64,000 nt of DNA, from the sequence record PV419677.1. One strand, 5' to 3'. Under the pieces are notes generated by a model. The model ran no database searches and had not been told where the DNA came from. It saw only the letters and a list, made by a program, of their open reading frames with translations. Position 1 is the first letter of the stretch; each line of letters starts with the position of its first letter. This document shows positions 33,852 through 43,230 of this stretch, piece by piece. The DNA comes from a phage. The position numbers and the translations under genes are program-made.

Positions 33852-34133
33852 TCATACCATACCATTTAAATGAACTTCTACCCGCCGCTTGATGAGGTCT
33901 CTGAAGTTAACATTGTTTTCTTGAAGTTTCAACCAGTTACCATTTTTATCTTTAGTGTGAGTAGAATAATTACCATTCCACCAGAAATCAGTGTCATATG
34001 CTAAGTTTTCATATTTTTTAACTAGTTTGTTCAGAGCATTGCCATTAACACCATTTGGGTATTTGTTGACCAATGCAATAACTTCAATTTCCAATTTTTT
34101 AAAGGTATTCAGAAGGAAAGTTGCTTTGTTCAT
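33852..34133 (-). CDS. hypothetical early protein at the T4 segD position (not a GIY-YIG protein)
   Basis: About 93 aa from ATG 34133 (SD GGAG); own early promoter upstream; opposite strand to the flanking late genes 23 and 24. Confidence 0.5.
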   Translation of the reverse strand: MNKATFLLNTFKKLEIEVIALVNKYPNGVNGNALNKLVKKYENLAYDTDFWWNGNYSTHTKDKNGNWLKLQENNVNFRDLIKRRVEVHLNGMV

Positions 34134-34169
34134 TTTAGACTCCATTGTTTGGTAACTCAGTATGAAATC

Positions 34170-34199
34170 ATTATGTCTTATCTTAATCGGGTTGTAAAC
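34170..34199 (-). promoter_or_regulatory. sigma70-type early promoter (GTTTAC, 18 nt, CATAAT)
   Basis: -35 GTTTAC (34199-34194), -10 CATAAT (34175-34170); 24-nt core identical to the copy at 57682-57705. Confidence 0.5.
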
Positions 34200-34205
34200 A
34201 ACTTT

Positions 34206-34213
34206 TATAAATA
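34206..34213 (+). promoter_or_regulatory. late promoter TATAAATA for gene 24
   Basis: Exact TATAAATA 27 nt upstream of gp24 ATG. Confidence 0.6.
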
Positions 34214-34239
34214 AAGTATATCACAAAAGGAAAGCGCAA

Positions 34240-35520
34240 ATGGCAAAGATTAACAAATTACTGCGCGAGTCAACTATTACTACCAGCAACTCCTTGGGCC
34301 GCCCGAATCTTGTTGCTTTGACCCGCGCTACGACTAAATTGATTTACCGCGATATCATCGCTGAACAACGTACTAACCAGCCTGTTGCTGCACTGTATGG
34401 TGTTAAATATCTTACTCCTGATAACGAATTCAGTTTCCAGACGGGCGCTACTTATGGAGGTGAAGTCGGTTCTAAAGACCGTACAACTATTCCAGAGTTA
34501 GCTACAGCCACTCAACCTGTGGCTAAAGGCGAATATGTAAAATACCAAAATATCGTTTATAAAGCTCTGGTTGATAATCCATTTGCATCGACCACAGAAA
34601 CAGTGTTATCTGATGTTCTGCAAGAAGGTCTTATTGCATCGACTATTCGTTTAGTTCCTGATGCGGCACACACCGAGAAATTCGAAGCTGGTGATGTTGA
34701 AATTAGCAATGCTGTATTCCAGGTTAACAAATGGAATGCCCCGGTTAAAACACGTAAATTGAAAACTGCATTAACTGTTGAACTTGCTCAGGATATGGAA
34801 GCAAATGGTTTTAACGCTCCTGCATTCTTGGAAGACCTGCTTGCCACTATTATGGCAGATGAAATTAACAAAGATGTTCTTCAGTCTCTTATTACCGTTT
34901 CCAAGCGTTATAAAGTAACTGGCGTTTCTGACAATGGCACCATCGATTTAACATACGATGCAGCCCCAGAAGGTGCACGTAAACTGTACGAACTGGTTTG
35001 CGAAATGAACTCCGAAATTCAGAAAACTACATCTTATTCCGGTACCTTTGTTGTTGCCTCTAGCCGTGTTGCTGCTATGTTGGCCGGTTCTGGTTGGTTG
35101 AAACACAGGCCAGAAGACGAACAGTGGCTCCCCGAAACAGCGTACGGTTATTTGATTAATGGCCTCCCTGTATTCTGTGATGTTAACAGTCCATTGGATT
35201 ATGTAACTGTTGGTGTTAAAGAAAATTACGGCGGAAACGAAGTCGTAGGCTCAATTTTCTATGCTCCTTATACCGAAGGCCTGGACTTGGATGATGAAGA
35301 GCACGTTGGTGCGTTTAAGGTCATTGTGGACCCAGACAGCTTGCAGCCATCTATCTCTCTGATGGTTCGTTACGCACTTTCAGCTAACCCGTACACCGTT
35401 GCTAAAGACGATAAAGAAGCTCGTATTATCGATGCAACCAATATGGATTTAATGGCCGGTCAGAGCAATATGTCTTATCTGCTCGGTGTTAAACTTCCGC
35501 CAATCATTTATGAGGCGTAA
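34240..35520 (+). CDS. 24: gp24 capsid vertex protein (copy A, T4-like)
   Basis: 426 aa; MAKINKLLRESTITTSNSLGRPNLVALTRATTKLIY... matches recalled T4 gp24. Confidence 0.9.
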   Translation: MAKINKLLRESTITTSNSLGRPNLVALTRATTKLIYRDIIAEQRTNQPVAALYGVKYLTPDNEFSFQTGATYGGEVGSKDRTTIPELATATQPVAKGEYVKYQNIVYKALVDNPFASTTETVLSDVLQEGLIASTIRLVPDAAHTEKFEAGDVEISNAVFQVNKWNAPVKTRKLKTALTVELAQDMEANGFNAPAFLEDLLATIMADEINKDVLQSLITVSKRYKVTGVSDNGTIDLTYDAAPEGARKLYELVCEMNSEIQKTTSYSGTFVVASSRVAAMLAGSGWLKHRPEDEQWLPETAYGYLINGLPVFCDVNSPLDYVTVGVKENYGGNEVVGSIFYAPYTEGLDLDDEEHVGAFKVIVDPDSLQPSISLMVRYALSANPYTVAKDDKEARIIDATNMDLMAGQSNMSYLLGVKLPPIIYEA

Positions 35521-36804
35521 ATGCAAAAGATTAATGCACTAATTCACGAATCAACATTAACGGCGGCCAACCAGGTCGCCCGTCCTAATTTGCTTTCTTA
35601 TACTCAAGCCACGAATAAACGAATTTTTAAAGCGCTCGTGGCCGAACAGAAAACTACCCAGCCTGTTGCAGCGCTGTATGGTGTTCGTGTTCTGAACCCA
35701 GATGATAAAATGACTTATCTCGGTGGAGCAACATTTGCAGGTCAGATTGGTATGTTCGAGCGTAAGAATATTCCAGAATTTACAAACAAAGACGAAGCTT
35801 ATGCAGTCGGCGATATGTTCCAGTTTGAAAGTGTTGTGTTCAAAGTTTTGGAAGCATCCCCATTCGCCGGTACACTCGAAACTGATTTAGGTGAAGTTAT
35901 TTCTGAAGCCATTGCTGCTGGGCATATAAGAATGATGTCAGATGCTGCTTTCACTGATAAATTTGAAAAGGGGCATCCTGAAATTGCTGAAGCTGGTTTT
36001 CGTATCGATAAATGGCAGACTGAAGTTAAATCCAGAAAGTTGAAAACTTCTTTAACTGTCGAGCTTGCCCAGGACCTGGAAGCAAACGGTTTTGATGCAA
36101 CAGACTTCATCGATAATATTCTCGGCATTCAAATGGCAGAGGAAATTAATAAGGATGTATTGCAATCCCTTATTACTGTTAGTTCCCGCTTCAAGGTGCA
36201 AGGTGTTTCGGAAAAAGGTGTATTGAATCTTACTGACCCGAAATATGATAATGCCCAGGACCGCGCACGAACCCTGTATTATTATATGTGTGAAATGAAT
36301 TCTGCAGTTCAACGTCAGACTTCGTTTGCTGGTACATATGCAGTTGCTTCTTCCCGTTGTGCAGCTATTTTAGCCGCTTCTGGCTGGGTTGAGAAAAAGG
36401 AAGACCAGGATGAATTGGCCTATGGTGTTCTGAAGAACGGTTTGCCTCTTTACGCTGATATGAATAGTCCATGCGATTATGTTATTGTTGGTGTAAATGC
36501 GGATATGGGTGAAGGTCAGACGGTCGCATCTTTATATTATGCGCCTTATACGGAAGGACTTAGCGAAGTTGATGATGAGGGTGATACCTCGGTTGGGGAA
36601 TTCAAGGTTATTGTTGACCCTGAAAGCTTACAGCCTACGGTTGCACTGTTAGCTCGTTATGCTTTGACTGCGAACCCTTACACCGTTGCTAAAGATGATA
36701 AAGAAGCTCGCCTTATTGATGGAGCTGATATGGATAAGATGGCTAACCAAAGTCAATTGAGTTCTTATCTTGGCGTTAAACTTCCACCGCTGGAAAAAGA
36801 ATAA
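35521..36804 (+). CDS. gp24 paralog (copy B, diverged)
   Basis: 427 aa; collinear with copy A, conserved blocks TQPVAALYGV, KSRKLKT.LTVELAQD.EANGF, EINKDVLQSLITVS, YAPYTEGL, FKVIVDP.SLQP, ANPYTVAKDDKEAR; ATG directly abuts copy A stop. Confidence 0.85.
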   Translation: MQKINALIHESTLTAANQVARPNLLSYTQATNKRIFKALVAEQKTTQPVAALYGVRVLNPDDKMTYLGGATFAGQIGMFERKNIPEFTNKDEAYAVGDMFQFESVVFKVLEASPFAGTLETDLGEVISEAIAAGHIRMMSDAAFTDKFEKGHPEIAEAGFRIDKWQTEVKSRKLKTSLTVELAQDLEANGFDATDFIDNILGIQMAEEINKDVLQSLITVSSRFKVQGVSEKGVLNLTDPKYDNAQDRARTLYYYMCEMNSAVQRQTSFAGTYAVASSRCAAILAASGWVEKKEDQDELAYGVLKNGLPLYADMNSPCDYVIVGVNADMGEGQTVASLYYAPYTEGLSEVDDEGDTSVGEFKVIVDPESLQPTVALLARYALTANPYTVAKDDKEARLIDGADMDKMANQSQLSSYLGVKLPPLEKE

Positions 36805-36825
36805 GGGCCTTGCGGCCCTTTTTTT
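36805..36825 (+). terminator. rho-independent terminator after gene 24 copy B
   Basis: GGGCC-TTGC-GGCCC followed by T7. Confidence 0.6.
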
Positions 36826-37831
36826 ATTCACTAATTAATGCAATCCATACATGTCTTAATGTTTCTTTTACATTTGCGATAAGTTGCTTTTTAACTTCAA
36901 CAGGATTTTCTGTCTGGGTTAATTCAAGTCCTTCACGACCCGCTTCTTCCAGGATATCCTGGACAGTCAAACCCATTACCTTCCCAAAATCCTTCGGCGA
37001 TACTTCCCCAATCTTACTGATAACATTGTTAATACGGTTGACAGTCACATAATCAGTAAACTTCCATAAAACATCCAGGTCTTCCTGGGACAACACAACA
37101 GCAGCCTTAATAGGCTTATCAGACTTTTTCTTTTCGCTGAATTTAGAGTTCTTACATTTAATCGCTACACGCTCGCCGTTAGGTAACCATGCAGGAACAT
37201 CAGGTTTTAATACAAATCCTTCAGCAGTGAATACTTTACCTTCCACTTTTGCATCAAAATCAGTGGTATTTGCTGTAGTCAATCCTGCGTTATCCACTGT
37301 AAAATTGTAATCAGGGACCACAGAATCCAGGTCATTAGGGAGCTTAATCAAGTCTTCAAAGCTACCTGTGGCCAGGCGTGGAGCAACTTTAAACTTATGA
37401 ATAATACAAAAGGCTTCCATAAGTGTGTCAGTCAGGACGGATTCAGAGCCATCTTCCTTAGTAACGCGGATATCAAACACATAGAAATCTTTATCGCCGT
37501 AATCCACATTCTTCTGGATACCTGTACCAGCAAACTCACCATAAATCTGGTAAGCCTGGTAATTAATATCCTGTAAAAGTTTCTGCACAGATTTAATAGA
37601 ATCTGCGTAGTTCTTTAATACAATTTCATAACCATAGAAATCTTCTGCAGGTAGGATAGGTCCAGTGCGTTTCGCGCATGTCACATTGTCTTGTTCAATG
37701 ATTAATGAAAAGTTGGTACCATGAATCTTTTCACGAGCTACCCATTCACCGCTGGTGAAGCCTTGCAGGCGAATCTTTTCAATGAACTTGTTATTATAGT
37801 GATTTTCAAGGCTGTTGTATTTCTTAAACAT
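36824..37831 (-). CDS. rnlB: RNA ligase 2
   Basis: 335 aa; [12 protein letters not shown]...[13 protein letters not shown] (KxHGxN nucleotidyltransferase motif), close to recalled T4 Rnl2. Confidence 0.9.
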   Translation of the reverse strand: MFKKYNSLENHYNNKFIEKIRLQGFTSGEWVAREKIHGTNFSLIIEQDNVTCAKRTGPILPAEDFYGYEIVLKNYADSIKSVQKLLQDINYQAYQIYGEFAGTGIQKNVDYGDKDFYVFDIRVTKEDGSESVLTDTLMEAFCIIHKFKVAPRLATGSFEDLIKLPNDLDSVVPDYNFTVDNAGLTTANTTDFDAKVEGKVFTAEGFVLKPDVPAWLPNGERVAIKCKNSKFSEKKKSDKPIKAAVVLSQEDLDVLWKFTDYVTVNRINNVISKIGEVSPKDFGKVMGLTVQDILEEAGREGLELTQTENPVEVKKQLIANVKETLRHVWIALISE

Positions 37832-37916
37832 AATCTCTCACTTTTGATGTTATAAATATCATTATAAATTAGACCCGCTATACTTTTTTTCTCTGAAAGG
37901 AATTAATAGTCACAAA

Positions 37917-37955
37917 GGGTCTAGAACCATTATACCGCATTTTTATTTGAAGCAA
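37917..37955 (-). promoter_or_regulatory. MotA-type middle promoter module with GGTTCTAGACC element, upstream of rnlB
   Basis: Minus strand: TTGCTTCA (37955-37948), 13 nt, TATAAT (37934-37929), then GGTTCTAGACCC. Confidence 0.5.
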
Positions 37956-37961
37956 AAAGGG

Positions 37962-38225
37962 TCAGAATTTTACATACAGCATTGGCTTGGATTCTTGCCA
38001 ATCATAATTCCAGGTAAAAGATGTAAATTTTTCTGCTCGCAGAAATTCAGATATCTTTGCGCGGTTTCCTTCTTCATACTCTTTTTCAGAAACTGCCATA
38101 TTAACAGCATCTTTGCCATTCTCGGCGGCGGCGATAGCCACTTTGCGAAATATAGAAATAAAGTCATTTGCAACTTTATCTTGTGACTCTTTGGCTATTT
38201 GGCGTAGTTCTTCTGCGAATGTCAT
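37962..38225 (-). CDS. hypothetical protein (T4 24.2 position)
   Basis: 87 aa ORF from track, synteny only. Confidence 0.5.
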   Translation of the reverse strand: MTFAEELRQIAKESQDKVANDFISIFRKVAIAAAENGKDAVNMAVSEKEYEEGNRAKISEFLRAEKFTSFTWNYDWQESKPMLYVKF

Positions 38226-38425
38226 TTCTTCACCTTTTTGTTATTCAAACGTTTACGATAAACAATCTTTTCTTTCGCTTTAAATTTAGCTTTGGCTTGT
38301 TCTACATCAACCCAGGCCTTTGCCATCTCTTTAGCAGTCCCGCCTAATACCTTGGCGATTTCAATAAATGTCATACCAGATTCATGCAGAAAATGTACTT
38401 TAACCTTATCCATAATGATTCTCAT
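38222..38425 (-). CDS. small helix-turn-helix-like protein (T4 24.3 position)
   Basis: 67 aa; ESGMTFIEIAKVLGGTAKEMAKAW resembles an HTH DNA-binding motif. Confidence 0.45.
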   Translation of the reverse strand: MRIIMDKVKVHFLHESGMTFIEIAKVLGGTAKEMAKAWVDVEQAKAKFKAKEKIVYRKRLNNKKVKK

Positions 38426-38567
38426 GTTGAGTTAGTGAAGTTATCTTAACATGGAATTTTTAACTTGTAAACATGATTTTTATGCCAGATGAACAATTGC
38501 ATGGTATGGTCACAAAGACTCACTAGAGAAGGGTCCAGGTAACATTTGCCCAGTACCATAAAAATAA

Positions 38568-38590
38568 AGGGACCCGAAGGTCCCTTTTTA
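38568..38590. terminator. bidirectional hairpin terminator downstream of hoc
   Basis: GGGACC-CGAA-GGTCCC flanked by A/T runs. Confidence 0.55.
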
Positions 38591-38591
38591 A

Positions 38592-39725
38592 TTAATAAAC
38601 GTAATCGTATATAATACCAGTTTCTAAAGCGGTGCGATGAATAACTCGACCATTACGAGATTCTTGTACATCAACCTCTGGATAGTCGGTAATCATTTTT
38701 TGAAGTGTGTATCGGTGCAAATAATACGGGCTATCCGGGTCATCAGTTTTCCAGTCTTGGCCGGCAAGAGTCATTTTCTGAATTTCATCCATAACCCACC
38801 AACCACACCAGATATAAGCTGAATTACGTACTGGCAATGGGTGAATATATGGTAATTCGCCATCTGGAACTGGTGCGACTTTAGCCGTGACTGTTACATT
38901 ACCAGTTTTGGTAACGGTTACAGGGTTATAATCTGTAGCAGATACAACAACAGAAACTTCAATTAACTGGGAACCTTCGGCGCTTGTATCGATTGCTAAA
39001 GTATCCGTGGTACCAGCGACTGGTGAACCATCTTTCTTCCAAGAATAGGCAAAAGTAGCACCAGCAGGCGCACCGGCTACAGTAGCTTTAAAAGAAGCCG
39101 GAGTTCCTTCAGGAACATTAATAGAGGTCGGTGCTAAAGTAACAGAAACACCCGACATAGTTTTCTTAACAAAAGTTACCGCAGCTCCTTTAGATGCGGT
39201 GCCATTATTATAATCGGGTGCAGAAACAGTAACTTCACAGTTCAATGTATAATTTGCTTCTGCTGATTCGGTGACGGTAATAGTTTTACCAGTTTGACCT
39301 GCGATTACGCTAGTGTTACGTTTCCAAACGTAAGCGATTGTTGCACCAGAAGGAGCGCCTGTCACGTTAGCAGTAACAACTTGAGATTGCCCCACTTCTT
39401 TAGTAACAGAGGCAGGGTCTAAAGTCAATGTAATAGCAGGCATTGTTTTATTCTGGATAGTTAAAGTTGTCTCAGCCTCAGCAGTTTCCGGTTCACCGTC
39501 TGCCGGAGTGGTAGTTGCAACAACTTTAATAGTCTTACTGCCTGCTGGGCCAACAGCGACATAATCCATTGCTGCAGTCACAGAAGATTGAGGAACGCCA
39601 TCAACGGTCCATACAAATGATTCAACACCTTCAGCTGCAGCACCAGAGCCGGTTGCAGTGAAATTGGTTGTTGCTCCAATAACGGCCGTAGCCGCCAAAG
39701 GAGCAATAGCTACGGTATAAGCCAT
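38592..39725 (-). CDS. hoc: Hoc, highly immunogenic outer capsid protein (Ig-like domains)
   Basis: 377 aa; C-terminal ...VTVTKTGNVTVTAKVAPVPDGELPYIHPLPVRNSAYIWCGWWVMDEIQKMT... nearly identical to recalled T4 Hoc. Confidence 0.9.
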   Translation of the reverse strand: MAYTVAIAPLAATAVIGATTNFTATGSGAAAEGVESFVWTVDGVPQSSVTAAMDYVAVGPAGSKTIKVVATTTPADGEPETAEAETTLTIQNKTMPAITLTLDPASVTKEVGQSQVVTANVTGAPSGATIAYVWKRNTSVIAGQTGKTITVTESAEANYTLNCEVTVSAPDYNNGTASKGAAVTFVKKTMSGVSVTLAPTSINVPEGTPASFKATVAGAPAGATFAYSWKKDGSPVAGTTDTLAIDTSAEGSQLIEVSVVVSATDYNPVTVTKTGNVTVTAKVAPVPDGELPYIHPLPVRNSAYIWCGWWVMDEIQKMTLAGQDWKTDDPDSPYYLHRYTLQKMITDYPEVDVQESRNGRVIHRTALETGIIYDYVY

Positions 39726-39734
39726 AATAAACCC

Positions 39735-40400
39735 TTATTTTAAAGTGACAAAAGATGAGTTACGAGTTTCTCGTATTAGAACAGACCCATTACGATTGAT
39801 GTAATAAATCAAACTGAATAGGGTTTGATGCGCGGTGGGATGTGGGAAAGCAGTTGGACGTTCTTTCCAATCCGGAGTCTCAGAAATCCACTGATAAATC
39901 CACCATGGAACAGTACAGAATCCAGGGTTCTTGCCAATAAGCATAAGATTTGGACTAAAGTTTTTTGGTAGAGCAAATACAGGTTTTTCAGATTCGATAA
40001 CCTTAGCAACAGCTGCTTCGAACTTTTCTTCGATAAAAGGAACATCTTCTTCGACCAAAACAACTGGTTCTTCGATTTCAACAACTTCAACCTTTGCTTC
40101 GGTTGGAGCATCAAATAAGAGTTTAGCTTCTTCTTTAGCTGACTCATCGCCATCAAATTTAGCACCTGACAATTCATCGTCAGCATCAATAAGGTCGGTG
40201 ATGCTCAGGCCTTCATTATCATCAGGCATAGGCATGTCAGCAAATGCTTTAAGTCCTGCTTCCAGGTCAGCCAACATATTATCAAAGGTTTTTGTTTTCT
40301 TAACATCAACGCCAAGTGATGCTGCATATTCGGCTAATTTTTCTTTGGCTTCTTTTTTCTCGAGGACACGAATTTCCTCAATGTAGTTCTTGTCAATCAT
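39735..40400 (-). CDS. inh: Inh-like protein (inhibitor of prohead protease), assigned by position
   Basis: 221 aa acidic protein between hoc and uvsW as in T4. Confidence 0.5.
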   Translation of the reverse strand: MIDKNYIEEIRVLEKKEAKEKLAEYAASLGVDVKKTKTFDNMLADLEAGLKAFADMPMPDDNEGLSITDLIDADDELSGAKFDGDESAKEEAKLLFDAPTEAKVEVVEIEEPVVLVEEDVPFIEEKFEAAVAKVIESEKPVFALPKNFSPNLMLIGKNPGFCTVPWWIYQWISETPDWKERPTAFPHPTAHQTLFSLIYYINRNGSVLIRETRNSSFVTLK

Positions 40401-40418
40401 GATGAACCTCGGTTAGTG

Positions 40419-40426
40419 TATAAATA
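40419..40426 (+). promoter_or_regulatory. late promoter TATAAATA for uvsW
   Basis: Exact TATAAATA 29 nt upstream of uvsW ATG. Confidence 0.55.
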
Positions 40427-40454
40427 TAGATATATTTATTACCTTGGAATCATC

Positions 40455-41954
40455 ATGGATATTAAAATCAACTTTCTAAATTTTAGTCACGTGCATGTTG
40501 AATGTGAAGATGGAATCTTCTACGAACTCCGTGATTACTTCAGCTTCGAAGCTGAAAACTATCGCTTCAATCCAAAATTCAAGCAGGGAGTTTGGGACGG
40601 ACGAATCCGCCTCCTGGATTACAATCGTAAATTACCATACGGTTTGGTTAATCAAATTAAAAAGTTCGCTGACCAGTTTGGCTATTCATTCTGGATTGAC
40701 CCACAAATCACCGAGAAAGAAGAAATCTCTCGCGAAGAATTCGACAAATGGGTCGAGTCAAAAGAAATCTATTCAGGCAATACTAAGATAACTCCTCATT
40801 GGTATCAATCTGACGCCGTATATGATGGTCTGGTCAACAGAAGAAAGATTCTGAACTTACCTACGTCTGCGGGTAAAAGCCTCATCCAGGCGCTTCTGGC
40901 GCGATATTATCTCGAGAACTATGAAGGCAAAGTACTTATCCTTGTTCCTACAACTGCGCTCGTTGACCAGATGATTAATGACTTTGTTGATTATCGTCTG
41001 TTCCCTCGTGAAGCTTGTCTGGGTATTCGTTCTGGTACCAAACGCGATTCTGATGCGATGATTTATGTATCGACTTATCAGACGGCTGTAAAACAACCTA
41101 AAGAATGGTTTGAACAGTTTGGTCAGTTTATGAATGACGAATGTCATATGGCGACAGGTAAATCAATTTCGACGGTTATCGAAGGCCTTACGAATTGTAT
41201 GTTTAAATTTGGTTTGTCAGGTTCACTCCGTGACGGCAAAGCCAACCTTATGCAATATATGGGTCTGTTTGGTGATATCTTTAAACCGGTATCAACATCT
41301 AAATTGATGGAAGATGGTCAGGTCACTGACCTTAAAATAAATAGTATTTTCCTTCGTTACCCTGATGAATTTACCGTTAAAATGAAAGGTAAAACTTATC
41401 AGGATGAAATTAAGGTAATTACAAAAGCTACACGCCGAAATAAATGGGTAACAAATCTTGCTCTCAAGCTTGCTAAAAAAGATGAAAACGTCTTTTTGAT
41501 GTTTAAGAATATCGAGCACGGTAAATCGATGTTTGAAATGCTTAAGGAAGCTGGTCATGAGAAAGTGTATTATGTTTCCGGGGAAGTTGATACCGAAACT
41601 CGTAATGCATTAAAGGTCATGGCAGAGAATGGAAAAGGAATTATTGTTGTAGCTTCATACGGTGTATTTTCGACGGGTATTTCCGTTAAAAACCTCCATC
41701 ATATTATTTTCGCTCACCCGGTCAAATCAAAGGTAATTGTACTCCAGACAATTGGCCGCGTGCTTCGAAAACATGAATCCAAATCGACCGCAAACGTTTT
41801 TGATATCGTGGATGATATGGGGGTCAAACCCAAATCAGCAAATGCTAAAAAGAAATATGTTCATTTGAACTTTGCTCTAAAGCATGGTCTTGAACGCATA
41901 CAACGATATGCAGACGAACAATTCAATTATGTAATTAAACAGGTGGAAATATAA
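40455..41954 (+). CDS. uvsW: UvsW helicase
   Basis: From ATG 40455: MDIKINFLNFSHVHVECEDGIFYELRDYFSFEAENYRFNP..., matches recalled T4 UvsW; helicase motifs PTSAGKS and DECH. Confidence 0.9.
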   Translation: MDIKINFLNFSHVHVECEDGIFYELRDYFSFEAENYRFNPKFKQGVWDGRIRLLDYNRKLPYGLVNQIKKFADQFGYSFWIDPQITEKEEISREEFDKWVESKEIYSGNTKITPHWYQSDAVYDGLVNRRKILNLPTSAGKSLIQALLARYYLENYEGKVLILVPTTALVDQMINDFVDYRLFPREACLGIRSGTKRDSDAMIYVSTYQTAVKQPKEWFEQFGQFMNDECHMATGKSISTVIEGLTNCMFKFGLSGSLRDGKANLMQYMGLFGDIFKPVSTSKLMEDGQVTDLKINSIFLRYPDEFTVKMKGKTYQDEIKVITKATRRNKWVTNLALKLAKKDENVFLMFKNIEHGKSMFEMLKEAGHEKVYYVSGEVDTETRNALKVMAENGKGIIVVASYGVFSTGISVKNLHHIIFAHPVKSKVIVLQTIGRVLRKHESKSTANVFDIVDDMGVKPKSANAKKKYVHLNFALKHGLERIQRYADEQFNYVIKQVEI

Positions 41955-42181
41955 TGAAATCCTTTGAAGAAATTATGTACGAAGCATCAATTGAAGGCTT
42001 TATGGCTAAGATTGGTTCCTGTCAGACCATGGACGGTCTGAAGGAGTTGGAAGGCTATTATAAAAAACGCAGCAAAGAAGCCGAACTAAAAGATTCCGAT
42101 GATATCAGTGTTCGCGATGCTCTTGCCGGTAAACGCGCCGAGCTTGAGGATATGGACGAAGACGAAGACGAAGATTTCTAA
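41954..42181 (+). CDS. UvsW.1-like small acidic protein
   Basis: 75 aa, synteny. Confidence 0.6.
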   Translation: MKSFEEIMYEASIEGFMAKIGSCQTMDGLKELEGYYKKRSKEAELKDSDDISVRDALAGKRAELEDMDEDEDEDF

Positions 42182-42238
42182 ATAAAAAGGCCCCAACCAA
42201 AAGGAAGGGGCAAAACCAAAAATGGTTAACAACACTAG

Positions 42239-42406
42239 CTAAATTAAAAGTTGGGTCTCGTTCAGTTGCTCTTCTGTATTTTCCGTAACTGGCAAACTCT
42301 GAACATAATTATAACAGGCGCCCGGATGCACCGGACCTTGGTCTGTATCCACAACCAATGCAGAATCGATTGGAGTTTTACAGACAACACAAATCTTATC
42401 TGACAT
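42239..42406 (-). CDS. small zinc-ribbon-like protein (55 aa), not in ORF track
   Basis: Hand translation: MSDKICVVCKTPIDSALVVDTDQGPVHPGACYNYVQSLPVTENTEEQLNETQLLI; strong SD GAGGAG 6 nt upstream. Confidence 0.45.
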   Translation of the reverse strand: MSDKICVVCKTPIDSALVVDTDQGPVHPGACYNYVQSLPVTENTEEQLNETQLLI

Positions 42407-42434
42407 GATTGTCTCCTCAGTTAAACTTACATAT

Positions 42435-42545
42435 CTATTTAGTGCTCTTCATAATAGCAGCACGAGCTTTCATCTCATTAACAATTTCAGTTATTCGGTT
42501 TGCAGAGATAACCATCTCGTCGAGAATCTTACTAATATTTTTCAT
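42435..42545 (-). CDS. possible small ORF (36 aa), translationally coupled to the upstream gene
   Basis: ATG immediately follows upstream TAA (TAAATG); MKNISKILDEMVISANRITEIVNEMKARAAIMKSTK. Confidence 0.3.
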   Translation of the reverse strand: MKNISKILDEMVISANRITEIVNEMKARAAIMKSTK

Positions 42546-42779
42546 TTAATTTTCCTTAAAGTATCTCATACCAGTATCTATCCCCATATTGTGAGAATAG
42601 AACGCATCATCGATGTATCCTGCAAATTTACCTTTAACATAGATAACATCTTCACCGCAAGGGTGGTCAGCGCAGATACGAATATCTGCACGATTCAATT
42701 TCCATTCCTTCATCATATACTTAATTTCTTCTTCGAACTCTTCGTCTTGGTTAAACGCATCGTCGATAGAATATCGCAT
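42546..42779 (-). CDS. hypothetical protein downstream of uvsY (uvsY.-1 position)
   Basis: 77 aa ORF, start overlaps uvsY stop. Confidence 0.6.
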   Translation of the reverse strand: MRYSIDDAFNQDEEFEEEIKYMMKEWKLNRADIRICADHPCGEDVIYVKGKFAGYIDDAFYSHNMGIDTGMRYFKEN

Positions 42780-43213
42780 TATTTGCCTGCCTCGAATTGT
42801 CTTATTTCTAACATATGTTTAAGTGCGAAACTTCGCGACTTAACACCATCTAATGCAGCGCTACAGAAGTCCTGGAGTAGTGCCCAATACTGAATTGAAG
42901 TATCAATCTTCAGTATGTTTGAATCTGCTGCCATGACTGTTTTCAATTCCGACTTCTCGTATACATCCATGCATACCTCTTCCCCTGGGTCACCTCTTCC
43001 AGTATAATGGTCTAGTCGTTTTTTCAGTGCAGTTTTCTTCTGAATCTCAAGACGCATTATTTCTTTCTTGCAGTTGGTATACAATCTCAACCATTTGCTA
43101 TGCAACAAAACGTTGTTTTGTGTTTCATATTGAAGTTGCGTACCATCAATTTTTAAATCCGCATCTAACTCATCCTGAAAGACTTCTAACTTATATTCAA
43201 TCTCTGTTTTCAT
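42779..43213 (-). CDS. uvsY: UvsY recombination mediator
   Basis: From ATG 43213: MKTEIEYKLEVFQDELDADLKI..., aligns with recalled T4 UvsY start; the track start 43243 lies inside the promoter palindrome. Confidence 0.85.
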   Translation of the reverse strand: MKTEIEYKLEVFQDELDADLKIDGTQLQYETQNNVLLHSKWLRLYTNCKKEIMRLEIQKKTALKKRLDHYTGRGDPGEEVCMDVYEKSELKTVMAADSNILKIDTSIQYWALLQDFCSAALDGVKSRSFALKHMLEIRQFEAGK

Positions 43214-43230
43214 AATGTATCCAATGTAAG

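Noticed and set aside
42405-42893. 162-aa plus-strand ORF
   Set aside because: Overlaps uvsY and the downstream small gene on the opposite strand; better explained by the minus-strand small ORFs with SD signals.
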